Of a stretch of DNA of 64,000 nucleotides, positions 48,452-59,375 are shown piece by piece. The translations under genes were made by a program, and so were the position numbers. A model generated the notes under the pieces. It was not told the origin of the DNA. It did no database searches and was given only the letters and a program-made list of their open reading frames with translations. The stretch lies in the NCBI GenBank assembly GCA_037927135.1, contig JAXSPP010000005.1, positions 32,001 through 96,000 on the forward strand, written 5' to 3'. Every line of letters begins with the position of its first letter. The first letter of the stretch is position 1. This DNA is from Candidatus Pampinifervens sinense. Its GTDB lineage: Bacteria; Aquificota; Aquificia; Aquificales; Aquificaceae.

Positions 48452-49614
48452 TGCCAATAAGGTTTTTAACCGCTGGAGAGTCTCATGGAAAGGCACTCCT
48501 CTGCATTTTAGAGGGTATACCAGCCAACCTTGACCTTTCCTCTGAGTATATAAACAAAGAGCTTCAAAGAAGGCAAAGGGGCTATGGAAGAGGGGGGAGG
48601 ATGAAGATAGAAAGCGACAGAGTAGAATTCCTCTCTGGCCTGCGCTTTGGGAAGACCATTGGAAGCCCTATAGCCATGGTCATCTGGAACAAGGATTGGG
48701 AAAACTGGTCTGAAAAGATGGCCTATGAGGGTGAGGTGCCAGAGAGTGTTGTGCCTTTTAGCAGGCCAAGGCCAGGCCATGCAGACCTTGCAGGTGGAAT
48801 AAAATACAATCAGAGGGATCTTAGAAACATACTTGAAAGAGCTTCTGCAAGGGAAACGGCCGCAAGGGTAGCGGTGGGGGCTGTATGTAAAAGATTTCTT
48901 GAAGAGTTTGGCATAAGGATAGGAAGCTATGTGATAAGCATAGGGCCTTTGAGGCCTAAGATAGAGGAGGAGGACCTATTAAAGAGGCACGAGCTGGCTG
49001 AAAATTCGCAAGTGAGGTTTCCAGACCCTTCAAAGGATGAGGAGTTTATAAAGCTTATAGATGAGGCGAGGGAAAAGGGGGAGAGTTTGGGTGGTGTTTT
49101 TGAGGTCTTTGCCATAGGTGTGCCGCCTGGCCTTGGAAGTCATATCCAATGGGACAAGCGGATAGACGGTAGGATAGCCCAAGCCATGATGAGCATACAA
49201 GCCATAAAGGGTGTGGAGATAGGCTTGGGCTTTGAAAGCGCCAGAAGGTTTGGATCTGAAGTGCATGATGAGATAGGCTGGTCCGAAGAGAAGGGATATT
49301 TTAGATACAGCAACAACCTTGGTGGAACGGAGGGTGGCATTACCAACGGCATGCCCATATTGGTAAGGTGTGCTATGAAGCCCATACCAACCCTTACCAA
49401 GCCCTTGAGAAGCGTGGATATAAATACAAAGGAAAGTGTAAAGGCTGGCAAAGAGAGGAGCGATGTGGTAGCTGTTTCGGCAGCCTCTGTGGTAGGCGAG
49501 GCCATGCTGGCCATAGTGCTTGCAGATGCCCTCCTTGAAAAGCTCGGCGGAGACTATATGGAAGAGGTAAAGGAGAGGTTCAAGAGGTATATGGAGCATG
49601 TTAAAGCTTTTTGA
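48451..49614 (+). CDS. aroC: Chorismate synthase
   Basis: [21 protein letters not shown] and MKPIPT motifs. Confidence 0.98.
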   Translation: MPIRFLTAGESHGKALLCILEGIPANLDLSSEYINKELQRRQRGYGRGGRMKIESDRVEFLSGLRFGKTIGSPIAMVIWNKDWENWSEKMAYEGEVPESVVPFSRPRPGHADLAGGIKYNQRDLRNILERASARETAARVAVGAVCKRFLEEFGIRIGSYVISIGPLRPKIEEEDLLKRHELAENSQVRFPDPSKDEEFIKLIDEAREKGESLGGVFEVFAIGVPPGLGSHIQWDKRIDGRIAQAMMSIQAIKGVEIGLGFESARRFGSEVHDEIGWSEEKGYFRYSNNLGGTEGGITNGMPILVRCAMKPIPTLTKPLRSVDINTKESVKAGKERSDVVAVSAASVVGEAMLAIVLADALLEKLGGDYMEEVKERFKRYMEHVKAF

Positions 49615-50335
49615 AGAGGTAGGGAAGGCCACCCTTTTGACCCTTTGGGGACTCATTTACATGTTTAAAAAGCCACCAAAAGCAAAGCATTTTATAAAAC
49701 AGCTTTCTTACCTTGCCTCAGAGACCATTCCTGTGGTAGTGATTACCTCCTTTTTTTCCGGCGGTGTTATAGCTCTTCAAACCTATAGCACTTTTCACAG
49801 GTTCAATGCGGAGTTTTTAATAGGTGCAGTAGTAGCCCTTTCTATGGGTAGAGAGCTTGCACCCGTCTTGACCTCTCTTATGGTGGTGGCAAGAGTAGGC
49901 TCTGCCATGACAGCCAGCATAGGCACTATGAGGATAACAGAACAGATAGATGCCCTGGAAGTTATGGGTATAAACCCAAGGAGCTACCTTGTATCACCAA
50001 GGCTTTTTGCCGGCATAGTAGGTGTCCCCATGCTTACAGTGATATCCAACCTTTCTGGCATTTTGGGTGGCTGGTTTGTTGCTGTAAAACTCTTTGGAGT
50101 AAATGAGCACCTCTTCTGGGAAAAGATGAGGGACCTTGTGGAGCTCTACGACTTTATAGGCGGTCTTTATAAGGCTGTATTTTTTGGCTTTATCATCTCC
50201 TCTGTTAGCTGTTATTTTGGCTTTTATACGCAAGGTGGCACAGAGGGGGTGGGAAGGGCAACCACCAACAGCGTGGTGACATCTTCCATGCTTATTTTGA
50301 TTTCTGACTACTTTTTGACAGCGATAATATTTTGA
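49598..50335 (+). CDS. mlaE: MlaE-family lipid ABC transporter permease
   Basis: [22 protein letters not shown] and GVGRATT motifs. Confidence 0.92.
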   Translation: MLKLFEEVGKATLLTLWGLIYMFKKPPKAKHFIKQLSYLASETIPVVVITSFFSGGVIALQTYSTFHRFNAEFLIGAVVALSMGRELAPVLTSLMVVARVGSAMTASIGTMRITEQIDALEVMGINPRSYLVSPRLFAGIVGVPMLTVISNLSGILGGWFVAVKLFGVNEHLFWEKMRDLVELYDFIGGLYKAVFFGFIISSVSCYFGFYTQGGTEGVGRATTNSVVTSSMLILISDYFLTAIIF

Positions 50336-50356
50336 AGTGCTAAAATTTTATAAGCT

Positions 50357-50854
50357 ATGAAAAAGCTGGAAAAGAAGGATGGAAGCACTGAAAGGTTTAA
50401 AAAGGCTCTTTTTAAGACCTTACCCAAACTGCTTGAAAAGGATGAGAGCTTTAGAGCCCAATTTATAACTTACTTTGCAGAGAAGGAAAAAACAGAAGAT
50501 AGGTTTAATATACTCCTTGAGGAGATAAGAATATTAAGGGAGGAAGGGGAAAGAAGATGGCAGGAGGCCATAAGAAGGCTTGATGAGCAAGAAGGAAGGC
50601 TTGAGGAACATTCAAAGAAACTTGAGATTTTCACACAAGATGTGCATATAGGCGCTTTGGGAGCAGCATGGAGCTTGAAAACGGAAAGGTCCTTCAGAAA
50701 TGCGGTAAAAGGTCTTATGGAGGAATACCTTCCTGTTAAAGTGGAAAGGTATGAGGCTATAGATTATGAGGGAGAGTTTTTTGATGGAAGGCCAGGAATT
50801 GTAGTGTATACAGATGTGCCCATATGGGAGGAAGAATTTAATGAAGGTTTATAG
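50357..50854 (+). pseudogene. DUF3782/PD-(D/E)XK-like coiled-coil protein apparently lacking its nuclease core
   Basis: Coiled coil then IGALGAAW..ERSFRNA..DYEGEFFDGRP running straight into a terminal GIVVYT; no D...ExK core seen. Confidence 0.5.
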
Positions 50855-51269
50855 GCTATGGCTGTTATCTCTATTTTTTACAGCTGGATGCCAATTCTTG
50901 CCATGGAACAATCCTTGCTCTTCTGATCATGCTTTAAAAGAGGTAAAAAAAGGATTGGCTATACAGATATATTTAGAAAACAATCCAGAAAAGGTACTTA
51001 CCCATTTCTTTATATCCATGCTTTCGGTCTTTAGCGGACAGAATAATATAGAAAAAGCCTTTGAAGGTGAAATAGAACCAATAGTTAAAAAGCTTGAGTT
51101 AAAAGATGTGAGTAAGCCTACAAAGAAGTCAGAAAAAGAGTATATGTGTAGTGCAGTCTTTGAGTATGAAGGACAAAAAAGAGTGGTAGAGTATGCAGTA
51201 AAGGAAATTCATTCTGGAAAAGAAAAGCTTTATAAGGTGGAGATAATTGATACTAACAAGGTGGAGTGA
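50841..51269 (+). CDS. Hypothetical lipoprotein
   Basis: MKVYRLWLLSLFFTAGC lipobox from ATG 50841. Confidence 0.7.
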   Translation: MKVYRLWLLSLFFTAGCQFLPWNNPCSSDHALKEVKKGLAIQIYLENNPEKVLTHFFISMLSVFSGQNNIEKAFEGEIEPIVKKLELKDVSKPTKKSEKEYMCSAVFEYEGQKRVVEYAVKEIHSGKEKLYKVEIIDTNKVE

Positions 51270-52087
51270 TGAATAAGATTGAACTTTGGAAAAACTTAGT
51301 AGAGGCAAGGCTTAGAGAACTTCTAAAACCCTTTGAACCACAGATACTATATGAGGCTATGTCCTATTATCTTTTTCAAGAAGGCAAGCGCATAAGGCCA
51401 CTCTTTTTGTGCACCGTTTGTAATGCCCTTGGTGGTCCCATAGAGGATGCTGTTACTGTGAGTTGTGCGGTTGAGATGGTGCATAACTATTCTCTCATCC
51501 ACGATGACCTTCCTGCCCTTGATAACGATAGCTTCAGAAGGGGAAAACCCTCCTGTCATGTGGTCTTCGGTGAAGATTTGGCCATACTGGCCGGAGATGC
51601 CCTCCTTACCTATGCCTTTGAGGTTTTATCAAGTAAAGAAAACTTTAGGTATTTGGAAGATACTCAACTTCTTTCTTTGATAGGCCTTTTGGCAAAAAAG
51701 GCTGGCTTTCTAGGTATGGTGGGGGGCCAAGTTTTGGACATCAGAAAACTCTCAGACCAAAAAGAGATAAGCCTCAAAAAGACTGCTGAACTTTTTTCTT
51801 TTTGCTTTGTTGCCGGTGGGATAGTGGCAAAAAGGTATGACCTTTTGATGGATCTTGAGGACTTAGGCCTTAAGGTAGGCCTCCTTTTCCAAATGGTGGA
51901 TGACTACAAAGACAAGGATGGCTTTTATCTATCTTTGGGTGAAAGGCTCTTAGAAAGGATTGAAGATCTTAGAGAGGAGTGTGAGTCAAAGGCTAAAGAT
52001 ATTGGAGTTTTTGTAGAGGAGTTTGAGAGGTTGCTTGAGCTGGTCGTTGGCGGAGGGGGAGGGATTCGAACCCCCGGTGGGCTGTGA
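51266..52087 (+). CDS. ispA: Polyprenyl (geranyl/farnesyl) diphosphate synthase
   Basis: GKRIRP, SLIHDDLPALDND..RRG, AGDAL, GQVLD and FQMVDD motifs. Confidence 0.9.
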   Translation: MMNKIELWKNLVEARLRELLKPFEPQILYEAMSYYLFQEGKRIRPLFLCTVCNALGGPIEDAVTVSCAVEMVHNYSLIHDDLPALDNDSFRRGKPSCHVVFGEDLAILAGDALLTYAFEVLSSKENFRYLEDTQLLSLIGLLAKKAGFLGMVGGQVLDIRKLSDQKEISLKKTAELFSFCFVAGGIVAKRYDLLMDLEDLGLKVGLLFQMVDDYKDKDGFYLSLGERLLERIEDLREECESKAKDIGVFVEEFERLLELVVGGGGGIRTPGGL

Positions 52088-52138
52088 ACCCACAGGTGAT
52101 TTCAAATCACCCGCCTTCGGCCGCTCGGCCACCCCTCC
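52048..52138 (-). tRNA. tRNA-Ser(TGA) with encoded CCA
   Basis: Minus strand GGAGGGG...CCCCTCC-GCCA; anticodon arm GGTGA-TTTGAAA-TCACC; long variable arm; GGTTCGAATCC. Confidence 0.95.
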
Positions 52139-52164
52139 TACCAACACAATATTATTATAGCTTT

Positions 52165-52641
52165 TTATAACTTTATTTTGCCTTCCTTCAACTCTCTTCT
52201 TAGCTGTCTTTCCAAATCTCTTTGCTTTAGCTCCTCCCTTCTATCGTAGGCCTTCTTTCCTCTTGCCAGTGCTATCTCTACCTTAGCCTTTCCATTTTTG
52301 AAGTAAATCCTCAGAGGTATGATAGTATAACCCTTCTCCTTTACCTTTCCCATAAGCCTCAAAATTTCCCTCTTGTGAAGAAGGAGCTTCCTTGTCCTCA
52401 ATGGATCCGGTGGTCTTATAGTGGCGTATTTATAAGGAGCTATGTAGAGGTTATAGAGCCAAGCTTCACCATCCTCAATCCTTACAAAGCTGTCTTTGAA
52501 GGATACAGTTTGCTTGTTCCTTAGGGCCTTTACCTCAGGCCCTTCAAGGACTATACCAGCTTCATAAGTCTCTATAATCTCATAATCCGCCTTCGCTTCT
52601 TTATTATAAGCTACCGTGAGCTCTCCAAGTTGCTTTGCCAT
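52165..52641 (-). CDS. smpB: SsrA-binding protein
   Basis: EAGIVLEGPEVK, RKLLLHKREI and GKKAYDRR motifs. Confidence 0.97.
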   Translation of the reverse strand: MAKQLGELTVAYNKEAKADYEIIETYEAGIVLEGPEVKALRNKQTVSFKDSFVRIEDGEAWLYNLYIAPYKYATIRPPDPLRTRKLLLHKREILRLMGKVKEKGYTIIPLRIYFKNGKAKVEIALARGKKAYDRREELKQRDLERQLRRELKEGKIKL

Positions 52642-52645
52642 TCTA

Positions 52646-53125
52646 TTAGTTTAACATAGCCAATATTTGATGTTTGAGTATATGGGCTGGCTTGTAGTCT
52701 GGAGCTAGCCTTATGGCGTTTTCTATTTCCAATAGAGCGTCTTTAAACATGCCCTTCATAAGGTAGACCTTGGCCAGGTTCATATGAGGATAGTGCCTAG
52801 GCTCATACCTTTTGGCCGATATGGCTCTTTTGAGCCAAGGAATGGCTTCATCCAACCTTCCCAAAGCTATAAGATAGGACCCTATGTCGTTGTAGGGATT
52901 TCCAAACTCTGGGTCTATCTCTATGGCCTTAAGGCAAAGCTCTATGGCCTTTTCAAAATCTCCGAGCATGCTGTAAGCCCATCCCATGTATGTATAGGCC
53001 TCTGCTGTAGGCTGTATCTCTATAGACTGCTGATAGAGTTCAATGGCCTTTTTATAGTTGCCAGACATATGCTCCTTTAGAGCCTTCTCTAAAAGTTCCT
53101 TTGCATCCTTCCTTATGTCCCGCAT
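52646..53125 (-). CDS. Tetratricopeptide repeat protein
   Basis: TPR pattern AEAYTYMGWAY..AIEIDPEFGNPYNDIG. Confidence 0.85.
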   Translation of the reverse strand: MRDIRKDAKELLEKALKEHMSGNYKKAIELYQQSIEIQPTAEAYTYMGWAYSMLGDFEKAIELCLKAIEIDPEFGNPYNDIGSYLIALGRLDEAIPWLKRAISAKRYEPRHYPHMNLAKVYLMKGMFKDALLEIENAIRLAPDYKPAHILKHQILAMLN

Positions 53126-53180
53126 ATATTTAAATTTATTCCTATCAAAAAACCTTACAATGGTATGCTAAATTGTAGCC

Positions 53181-53975
53181 TCACTCCCATTCCTTCTCTT
53201 TTAAGGAGTTTTCTAAACTCCTAGGAATCTCTGCCTTTATGCCGAAGAGGATCTTAAACTGTAAAGCATTAAGCACAGCTTTTGCCCTAACCGTGTTATT
53301 AAAGAACACATACGTATCCTTATCTCCCTCAAGCTTTTTGATCTTATCCCTTATCTTTTTGAGCTCTTCCAAGGAGTAAAGGTAGTCATGAGGTCTTTCT
53401 GGATCCTTTCCATGCAATCTAATATAGTTTATAGTTCCTACACTCACCCATGGCCCTATTAGAAATTTGCTACCTTTAGGCGCATCTGTGTTTACCAAAG
53501 AAAAGCCTAACTCCTCCAACATTTGATAGAAATCCACCTTTTTAAAGCTCCTATTTCTCACCTCTATCACCCTCGGTATCTCACTAAAGTCTTTAGAGAG
53601 CTTACGAAGGTATTCAAGATTCTCTTCTTTATAGCCAAAGCTTTCTGGAAACTGGAAGAGTAAGGCTATAAACCTGTCCTCTTCAAGGACAGGCTCAATG
53701 CTATACAAGAATTTCTTCACATCCTCTTGCGTATATGTTCTTATATGGGTGAATATTCTATAGGCTTTAAAGGCAAACCTTAAGGTGGAAGTTCTTGACA
53801 ACATGCTTTTAATATTTCCTCTGTTTGGTATGTTATAAAAGGAAGAGTTTATCTCTACAACTTCAAAGTATTTGGAGTAGAATCTGATGTAATCTTCCCT
53901 TTTTAGAAGTGGGGGGTAAAAGCCCCCCACCCAGTCTCTGTAAAAGAAGCCACTACATCCTACATAGACCTTCAA
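53181..53975 (-). CDS. DUF72 domain protein
   Basis: [24 protein letters not shown] and YVFFNN motifs. Confidence 0.9.
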   Translation of the reverse strand: MKVYVGCSGFFYRDWVGGFYPPLLKREDYIRFYSKYFEVVEINSSFYNIPNRGNIKSMLSRTSTLRFAFKAYRIFTHIRTYTQEDVKKFLYSIEPVLEEDRFIALLFQFPESFGYKEENLEYLRKLSKDFSEIPRVIEVRNRSFKKVDFYQMLEELGFSLVNTDAPKGSKFLIGPWVSVGTINYIRLHGKDPERPHDYLYSLEELKKIRDKIKKLEGDKDTYVFFNNTVRAKAVLNALQFKILFGIKAEIPRSLENSLKEKEWE

Positions 53976-55480
53976 GGTATAAACTTGGACTTAAAGTCCT
54001 TCAAGGCTTGATCTATCTTAGCCTTAAGTTCATCATCAAGGGCTTTTTTCTCCTTTATTTCCTTCAAGATGTCAGGTCTTTCCCTGTCAAGGTAGGCATA
54101 AAGTTCTTTTTCAAACTTTCTTACAGCCTCCACAGGAAGGTCATCTAGGTATCCGTTAGTTCCAGCGTATATAGCTACTATTTGCTTTTCCACAGGTATA
54201 GGATTGTAAGGCTCTTGCTTTAGGAGCTCTACAAGCCTTAGACCCCTGTTTATAACTTGTTGCGTAGCCTTATCTAGCTCTGAAGCGAACTGAACAAAGG
54301 CCTCAAGCTCTCTAAACTGGGCCAAATCTAACCTCAAACTTCCAGCCACTTGCTTCATAGCCTTTATCTGAGCTGCACCACCAACCCTTGAAACGGAAAG
54401 TCCAACGTTTATAGCTGGCCTTATGCCTTTGTTGAAGAGATCTGGCTCAAGATAGATCTGGCCGTCGGTTATGGATATGACGTTGGTGGGAATGTAAGCC
54501 GCCACGTCTCCAGCCTTTGTCTCTATAATTGGCAAGGCTGTAAGGGATCCAGCACCAAGTTCATCGTTTAGCTTTGCAGCACGCTCCAAAAGCCTTGAGT
54601 GAAGATAGAAAACGTCTCCTGGGTATGCTTCCCTACCTGGTGGCCTTCTCATAAGCAAAGAGAGCTGTCTGTAAGCTTCCGCATGCTTAGAAAGGTCATC
54701 GTAGATGATTAGCGCATGCTTTCCGTTATCTCTGAAGTATTCACCTATGGTGCATCCTACAAAGGGCGCAAGGTATTGCAAGGAAGCTGGATCCGTTGCA
54801 GATGCTACCACAACGCACGTATACTCCATAGCACCGCTCTTTTCAAGAAGCTCTATAATTCTAGCCGTTGTTGACCTCTTTTGTCCTATTGCCACATAGA
54901 TACAATAGACGTCTGTGTCCTTCTGGTTTAATATGGTGTCTATACATATGGTTGTCTTTCCTGTAGATCTATCACCTATGATCAGCTCACGCTGACCCCT
55001 CCCTATAGGAATCATAGCATCTATGGCTTTTATACCCGTTTGAAGGGGCTCATGCACAGACTTCCTCTTTACAACACCCGGCGCTATCTTCTCTACAGGA
55101 GACCTGTATTCATACTTTATGGGACCCTTACCATCCAGAGGATTTCCTAAAGGATCTATCACCCTTCCTATAAGACCCTCTCCCACCGGTGCATCCAATA
55201 TTCTTCCCGTCCTTTTCACTATAGAACCTTCCCTTATTCCCGTTTCACGACCAAGGATTATGATACCTACATTATCCTCCTCTAGGTTGAAGGCAAGGCC
55301 CATAGTACCGTCCTCAAACTCCACAAGCTCGTTGGCCATCACATTGTCAAGGCCGTAGGCCCTTGCCACACCATCACCAACATAGTAGACCACACCCACC
55401 TCTTCCATCTTAGCGGAGGCTTCAAACCCCTTTATCTGCTCCCTTAAAAGCTGCAAGGCCTCCTCGTAGGTTATAGCCAT
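53972..55480 (-). CDS. atpA: F1Fo ATP synthase subunit alpha
   Basis: [23 protein letters not shown] and [13 protein letters not shown] motifs. Confidence 0.98.
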   Translation of the reverse strand: MAITYEEALQLLREQIKGFEASAKMEEVGVVYYVGDGVARAYGLDNVMANELVEFEDGTMGLAFNLEEDNVGIIILGRETGIREGSIVKRTGRILDAPVGEGLIGRVIDPLGNPLDGKGPIKYEYRSPVEKIAPGVVKRKSVHEPLQTGIKAIDAMIPIGRGQRELIIGDRSTGKTTICIDTILNQKDTDVYCIYVAIGQKRSTTARIIELLEKSGAMEYTCVVVASATDPASLQYLAPFVGCTIGEYFRDNGKHALIIYDDLSKHAEAYRQLSLLMRRPPGREAYPGDVFYLHSRLLERAAKLNDELGAGSLTALPIIETKAGDVAAYIPTNVISITDGQIYLEPDLFNKGIRPAINVGLSVSRVGGAAQIKAMKQVAGSLRLDLAQFRELEAFVQFASELDKATQQVINRGLRLVELLKQEPYNPIPVEKQIVAIYAGTNGYLDDLPVEAVRKFEKELYAYLDRERPDILKEIKEKKALDDELKAKIDQALKDFKSKFIP

Positions 55481-55491
55481 AATAAACCTCC

Positions 55492-55998
55492 TTAAGGTTT
55501 TGGTAATATTTTAATACAATCTTCGCAGAAGAACCTGCCCTTGTTATCCACTTCCCATAAGCTGTTGGAAAAGTTCATAACACAGCCTGGATTTTTGCAA
55601 TGTGTGAGTCCAAAGGTATGTCCAAGCTCATGGTTTACCTCTTTTAACACCCTACTGAAGTAGATATTCTCCCTTTTATCGTAAAGCCTGTATGTGCTGA
55701 CTAAGGCATACCTTCCACCTAGCTGTGCCAGACCGAAGACAAAGTTCAAACCCTCCTCATAAAGGTCAAAAGGAAAGATAGCTATAAGCTTTAGCATATC
55801 TGGATAGTATACCCTTGATATATACTCTAAAAGGGCCTGTGCCTTGTATTGCCTTCTATAGGGGTTGTAGCCAAGGGAAGGTGGAAGGGCCACATGACAA
55901 AATCTCACTTCAAAGTGAAAGACCTCCTTTACATTTTTTGCAACGGCTAAAAGAAGCCTTTTTTCTATAGAAAACCCCGCTATGTATATGTACATCAA
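55492..55998 (-). CDS. Archaemetzincin-family Zn metalloprotease
   Basis: [30 protein letters not shown]. Confidence 0.9.
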   Translation of the reverse strand: MMYIYIAGFSIEKRLLLAVAKNVKEVFHFEVRFCHVALPPSLGYNPYRRQYKAQALLEYISRVYYPDMLKLIAIFPFDLYEEGLNFVFGLAQLGGRYALVSTYRLYDKRENIYFSRVLKEVNHELGHTFGLTHCKNPGCVMNFSNSLWEVDNKGRFFCEDCIKILPKP

Positions 55999-56972
55999 TA
56001 TCTGCTCCTCAAGCTTCTATACTCCTGAACCTTTCTGTTGTGCTCTTTAAGGTCCTTGCTAAAATGGTGTCCTCCAAAGCCATCGGCTACAAAGTAAAGA
56101 TAATCTACCTTAGCAGGTTCAAGGGCAGCTTTTAGAGATTCTAGGCCTGGATTGCATATGGGGGATGGTGGAAGGCCAAAGTAATAGTATGTGTTGTATG
56201 GATCATCAATGCTTAAGTCTCTTAGGCTTAGCCTACCGTCCCACAAGCCTCTCCTCTTCAAAGCGTATATGACAGTAGGATCTATTTGAAGCTTCATACC
56301 TTTCTTTATCCTATTGTAAATAACCGCAGCCACGAGAGGTCTTTCTTCTGGCCTTGAAGTCTCCTTCTCTATCATAGATGCTATAGCTACCCATTCCTCA
56401 AGGGTAAGGTTTTTCTCATCCAGCCTTTCTCTAAGCTCCTTCGTCCTTCTTAAAAAGTTTTTATGCATAACATCTATTACCCTTAGGGGATGGGTGTTCT
56501 TTGAGAAGAAGTAAGTGTCTGGAAATAGAAAGCCTTCCATTGTGTGGGTCTTTAGACCATATTTCTTTGCCACCTCTTCAGAGTTGGCATACCTTAGAAA
56601 ATCTTCAGAAGAACATATGAGATTTTCTTCAAGGATCCTAGCAATATCATAGATATCCGAGCCTTCCGGTATGGTGATCTTGTATAACTTTTTAAGACCT
56701 TTGCTTATCTTTTCATAAACATCCCAAGGGAAGACTAAACCTTCAAATTCATACTCTCCAGCCTCAAGCTTTCCCTTTTTTAAGCTATGGATAAAAAGAA
56801 AAGAAAGGGGATTTCTTATAAGACCTTCTTCATATAGAGTGAAAGAGATTTCTAAAGTGGATGTTCCATAAGCAATCTCTACAGTCTTCCTCTCTACCTT
56901 TACAGGTGAGAAGGAGTAAGCTATAAGCGAAAAAAGAATAGTCAATAAAAAGGCTAATCTAAGCCTCCTCAT
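55995..56972 (-). CDS. mltG: Endolytic transglycosylase MltG
   Basis: EGFLFPDTY, ASMIEKE, LQIDPTV, PYNTY and GLPPSPI motifs. Confidence 0.95.
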   Translation of the reverse strand: MRRLRLAFLLTILFSLIAYSFSPVKVERKTVEIAYGTSTLEISFTLYEEGLIRNPLSFLFIHSLKKGKLEAGEYEFEGLVFPWDVYEKISKGLKKLYKITIPEGSDIYDIARILEENLICSSEDFLRYANSEEVAKKYGLKTHTMEGFLFPDTYFFSKNTHPLRVIDVMHKNFLRRTKELRERLDEKNLTLEEWVAIASMIEKETSRPEERPLVAAVIYNRIKKGMKLQIDPTVIYALKRRGLWDGRLSLRDLSIDDPYNTYYYFGLPPSPICNPGLESLKAALEPAKVDYLYFVADGFGGHHFSKDLKEHNRKVQEYRSLRSRY

Positions 56973-57373
56973 AAGCTCTCCAGATATTCCAAAAGTATAG
57001 CATAAGCAGAAAGACTATCCTTTAGCTCCTTCTTCTTCCTCCAGCTTAACCCCTCCATTATACTATAGGCTTCTAGCGTAGTGTATCTCTCATCCCATAG
57101 CTTTATCTCCACATCCTCAGGCAGGTGTTTCCTTAAAGCTTCATAAAAGCTTTTTACTTCCTTGACCCTCTCCCCTTCCCTTCCGGAAGGTGTCAATGGA
57201 AGACCTAAAAGGATTATAGAGATCCCCTGTTCTCTTACCTTCTTTGATATCTCCTCAAATACCTTATTCTCCTTGTTTTCAATACTACCTATAGGTACGG
57301 CTATCTTTAGGTTGGTATCTCCAAGGGCTAGGCCTATACGCCTTTTACCATAATCAATGGCCAGTACTTTCAA
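56969..57373 (-). CDS. yqgF: YqgF/RuvX pre-16S rRNA nuclease
   Basis: AIDYGKRRIGLA, GLP and DERYTT motifs. Confidence 0.92.
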   Translation of the reverse strand: MKVLAIDYGKRRIGLALGDTNLKIAVPIGSIENKENKVFEEISKKVREQGISIILLGLPLTPSGREGERVKEVKSFYEALRKHLPEDVEIKLWDERYTTLEAYSIMEGLSWRKKKELKDSLSAYAILLEYLESL

Positions 57374-57555
57374 CCCGTTTTTATACCCACCACCTTATAG
57401 AGTGGGCAAAAGCCTATGACGGAAGTGCCTATAAAGATTATCCCAAGTATACCCAGTATCCACCAAGCACCACCCTTTGTAATGGCTAGCCAGAGGAAGA
57501 TAATACCTAACACTATCCTTATTGCCCTGTCCCACATTGCCATGTTCTTTTCCAT
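57370..57555 (-). CDS. DUF2892 (YgaP-like) membrane protein
   Basis: KNMAMWDRAIR...GFCPLY; AGGAGG RBS. Confidence 0.88.
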   Translation of the reverse strand: MEKNMAMWDRAIRIVLGIIFLWLAITKGGAWWILGILGIIFIGTSVIGFCPLYKVVGIKTG

Positions 57556-57585
57556 AGCCTCACCTCCTTAATAAAATAATAAAGC

Positions 57586-58341
57586 ATGAGATCTGTCATT
57601 GCAATGCTTACAGATTTTGGAACAAAAGATGGCTTTGTGGGTGCAATGAAGGGTGTCATACTTACCATAAACCACGAGGCAAAGATAGTTGACATAAGCC
57701 ATGAGGTGGAGCCTTTTAACATCTTACATGGTGCACTTCTTTTAAGGGCTCACTTCTCCTTCTTTCCAAAAGGTACAATCTTCCTGGGTGTGGTGGATCC
57801 TGGCGTAGGCTCCCAAAGGCTTCCCATAGTGGTAAAAACCAAGGAATATATCTTTGTAGGGCCATACAACGGCCTCTTTGACCTTGCCATAAGGGAGATA
57901 GATGGACCAATAGAAGCCTATAGGATTGAAAGGTATACCTTACCGCGTATAAGTCAGACTTTTCATGGTAGAGATGTTTTTGCTTCTGTAGCTGGCCATC
58001 TTAGCATGGGTATAGACCCAAAGGATGTGGGAAGCGCCATAGAGTATAAGCCAATTTTAAAGTGGGAAGATCCGGAGAAAGAGGGAGATATTATAAAGGG
58101 TAAAGTGGTATACTTTGATCGTTTCGGCAATTGTATAACGAATATACCCTGTGGCCATTATAAGGATGGCCTATTTAGGGGAAAGAAACTAAGGATATAC
58201 TCTTACTATCTTGAAGCCAAGGAAGGTGAGCTATCGCTCATATGCGGTAGCTTTGGATTTATGGAACTTTTCATCCCTATGGAGAATGCCAAAGAAAGAT
58301 TAGGTATAAGGCTAGGAGAAGAAGTGTGCGTAAGATGTTGA
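57586..58341 (+). CDS. SAM hydroxide adenosyltransferase (DUF62, chlorinase/fluorinase-like)
   Basis: LTDFG, VVDPGVG, TFHGRDVF and DRFGN motifs. Confidence 0.9.
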   Translation: MRSVIAMLTDFGTKDGFVGAMKGVILTINHEAKIVDISHEVEPFNILHGALLLRAHFSFFPKGTIFLGVVDPGVGSQRLPIVVKTKEYIFVGPYNGLFDLAIREIDGPIEAYRIERYTLPRISQTFHGRDVFASVAGHLSMGIDPKDVGSAIEYKPILKWEDPEKEGDIIKGKVVYFDRFGNCITNIPCGHYKDGLFRGKKLRIYSYYLEAKEGELSLICGSFGFMELFIPMENAKERLGIRLGEEVCVRC

Positions 58342-58365
58342 AAAAGAACTTAGAATTTCCGATAA
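58339..58365 (+). promoter_or_regulatory. Possible sigma28 (FliA) promoter of flgM
   Basis: TGAA-N15-TCCGATAA vs consensus TAAA-N15-GCCGATAA. Confidence 0.5.
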
Positions 58366-58372
58366 TATAGTT

Positions 58373-58630
58373 ATGATTGATAGGGTAGAGATTCAAAGGA
58401 TATTAAGCAACCTGTTTGAAAGGGAGGAGAAGGTCAAACAGAGAGCATACAGAAGGGAAGAGGGTGTAAAGGTAGAGGTTCAAAAGGAGCTTACAGAAGT
58501 TCACAAGGTAGATTATGAGGACATAAACAAAAAGGTGGAAAGGATAAGGGAGATGTTGGAAAAGGGTGTCTATGATGTGTCTCCTGAAAAGATTCTTATA
58601 GGTCTTGAAAAGTATCTGCTCTCTAAATAG
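58373..58630 (+). CDS. flgM: Anti-sigma28 factor FlgM
   Basis: C-terminal KVERIREMLEKGVYDVSPEKI pattern; sigma28-like promoter. Confidence 0.75.
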   Translation: MIDRVEIQRILSNLFEREEKVKQRAYRREEGVKVEVQKELTEVHKVDYEDINKKVERIREMLEKGVYDVSPEKILIGLEKYLLSK

Positions 58631-59375
58631 CCTCTAGTAGCTCTTTGGTGTATGGATGCTGTGGGTTGTCAAATATCTTTAGAACATCCCCTTCTTCTAC
58701 AATCTGACCATCCTTTAACACTATTACCCTATCTGCTACTTCTGCAACTACACCAAAGTCATGGGTTACAAGAATAACGCTTTTCCCCTCTTCCTTCATA
58801 TCCCTAAACAGCTTCAATATCCTGCTCTGTATTGACACATCCAAAGCGGTTGTTGGCTCATCCGCCAAAACTATTTCAGGATTACACACGGTGGCTATGG
58901 CGATGCATACCCTCTGTTTTAGACCGCCGGAAAGATGGTGGCTATAGCTATTGTATACCCGTTCCGCATCTTGTATGCCAGCCTTCCTTAAAGCCCGCAG
59001 GGCTATCTCTTTTAGCTCCTTACCCTTGACGTTAAAGTGTGCCCTGTAGGCTTCCTCTATTTGCGTGCCTATCTTAAAAAGGGGGTCCAAGTAAGCTGAA
59101 GGCTCTTGAAAAACCATAGAGATATGCCTTCCTCTTATCCTTCTGAACTCACCCTCTGATAGGCCTACAAGCTCCTTTCCCCTGTATTTTATTGATCCAG
59201 TAATCCTCGCATTCTCTGGCAGTAGACCAAGTATAGCATGAAGTATGGAGCTCTTACCAGATCCAGACTCACCAACTATGCACAACACCTCACCCTCTTT
59301 TAGATAAAAGCTTATATCCTTTAGCACATGCCTGCTGTCATACCACAGGTTAAGGTTCTTCACTTCTAGTAGCAT
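58623..59375 (-). CDS. Peptide/nickel ABC transporter ATP-binding protein (DppD/OppD-like)
   Basis: GESGSGKS, LSGG, ADEPTTALD and HPYT motifs. Confidence 0.92.
   Translation of the reverse strand: MLLEVKNLNLWYDSRHVLKDISFYLKEGEVLCIVGESGSGKSSILHAILGLLPENARITGSIKYRGKELVGLSEGEFRRIRGRHISMVFQEPSAYLDPLFKIGTQIEEAYRAHFNVKGKELKEIALRALRKAGIQDAERVYNSYSHHLSGGLKQRVCIAIATVCNPEIVLADEPTTALDVSIQSRILKLFRDMKEEGKSVILVTHDFGVVAEVADRVIVLKDGQIVEEGDVLKIFDNPQHPYTKELLEAI

Noticed and set aside
52048-52138. tRNA-Sec (selC), suggested by selD and TTCAAA on the plus strand
   Set aside because: The tRNA is on the minus strand with anticodon TGA and a normal 7-bp acceptor stem, so it is tRNA-Ser.
57586-58341. Fluorinase linked to crcB
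   Set aside because: Motifs fit the widespread DUF62 SAM hydrolase; the gene is about 50 kb from crcB with no biosynthetic context.
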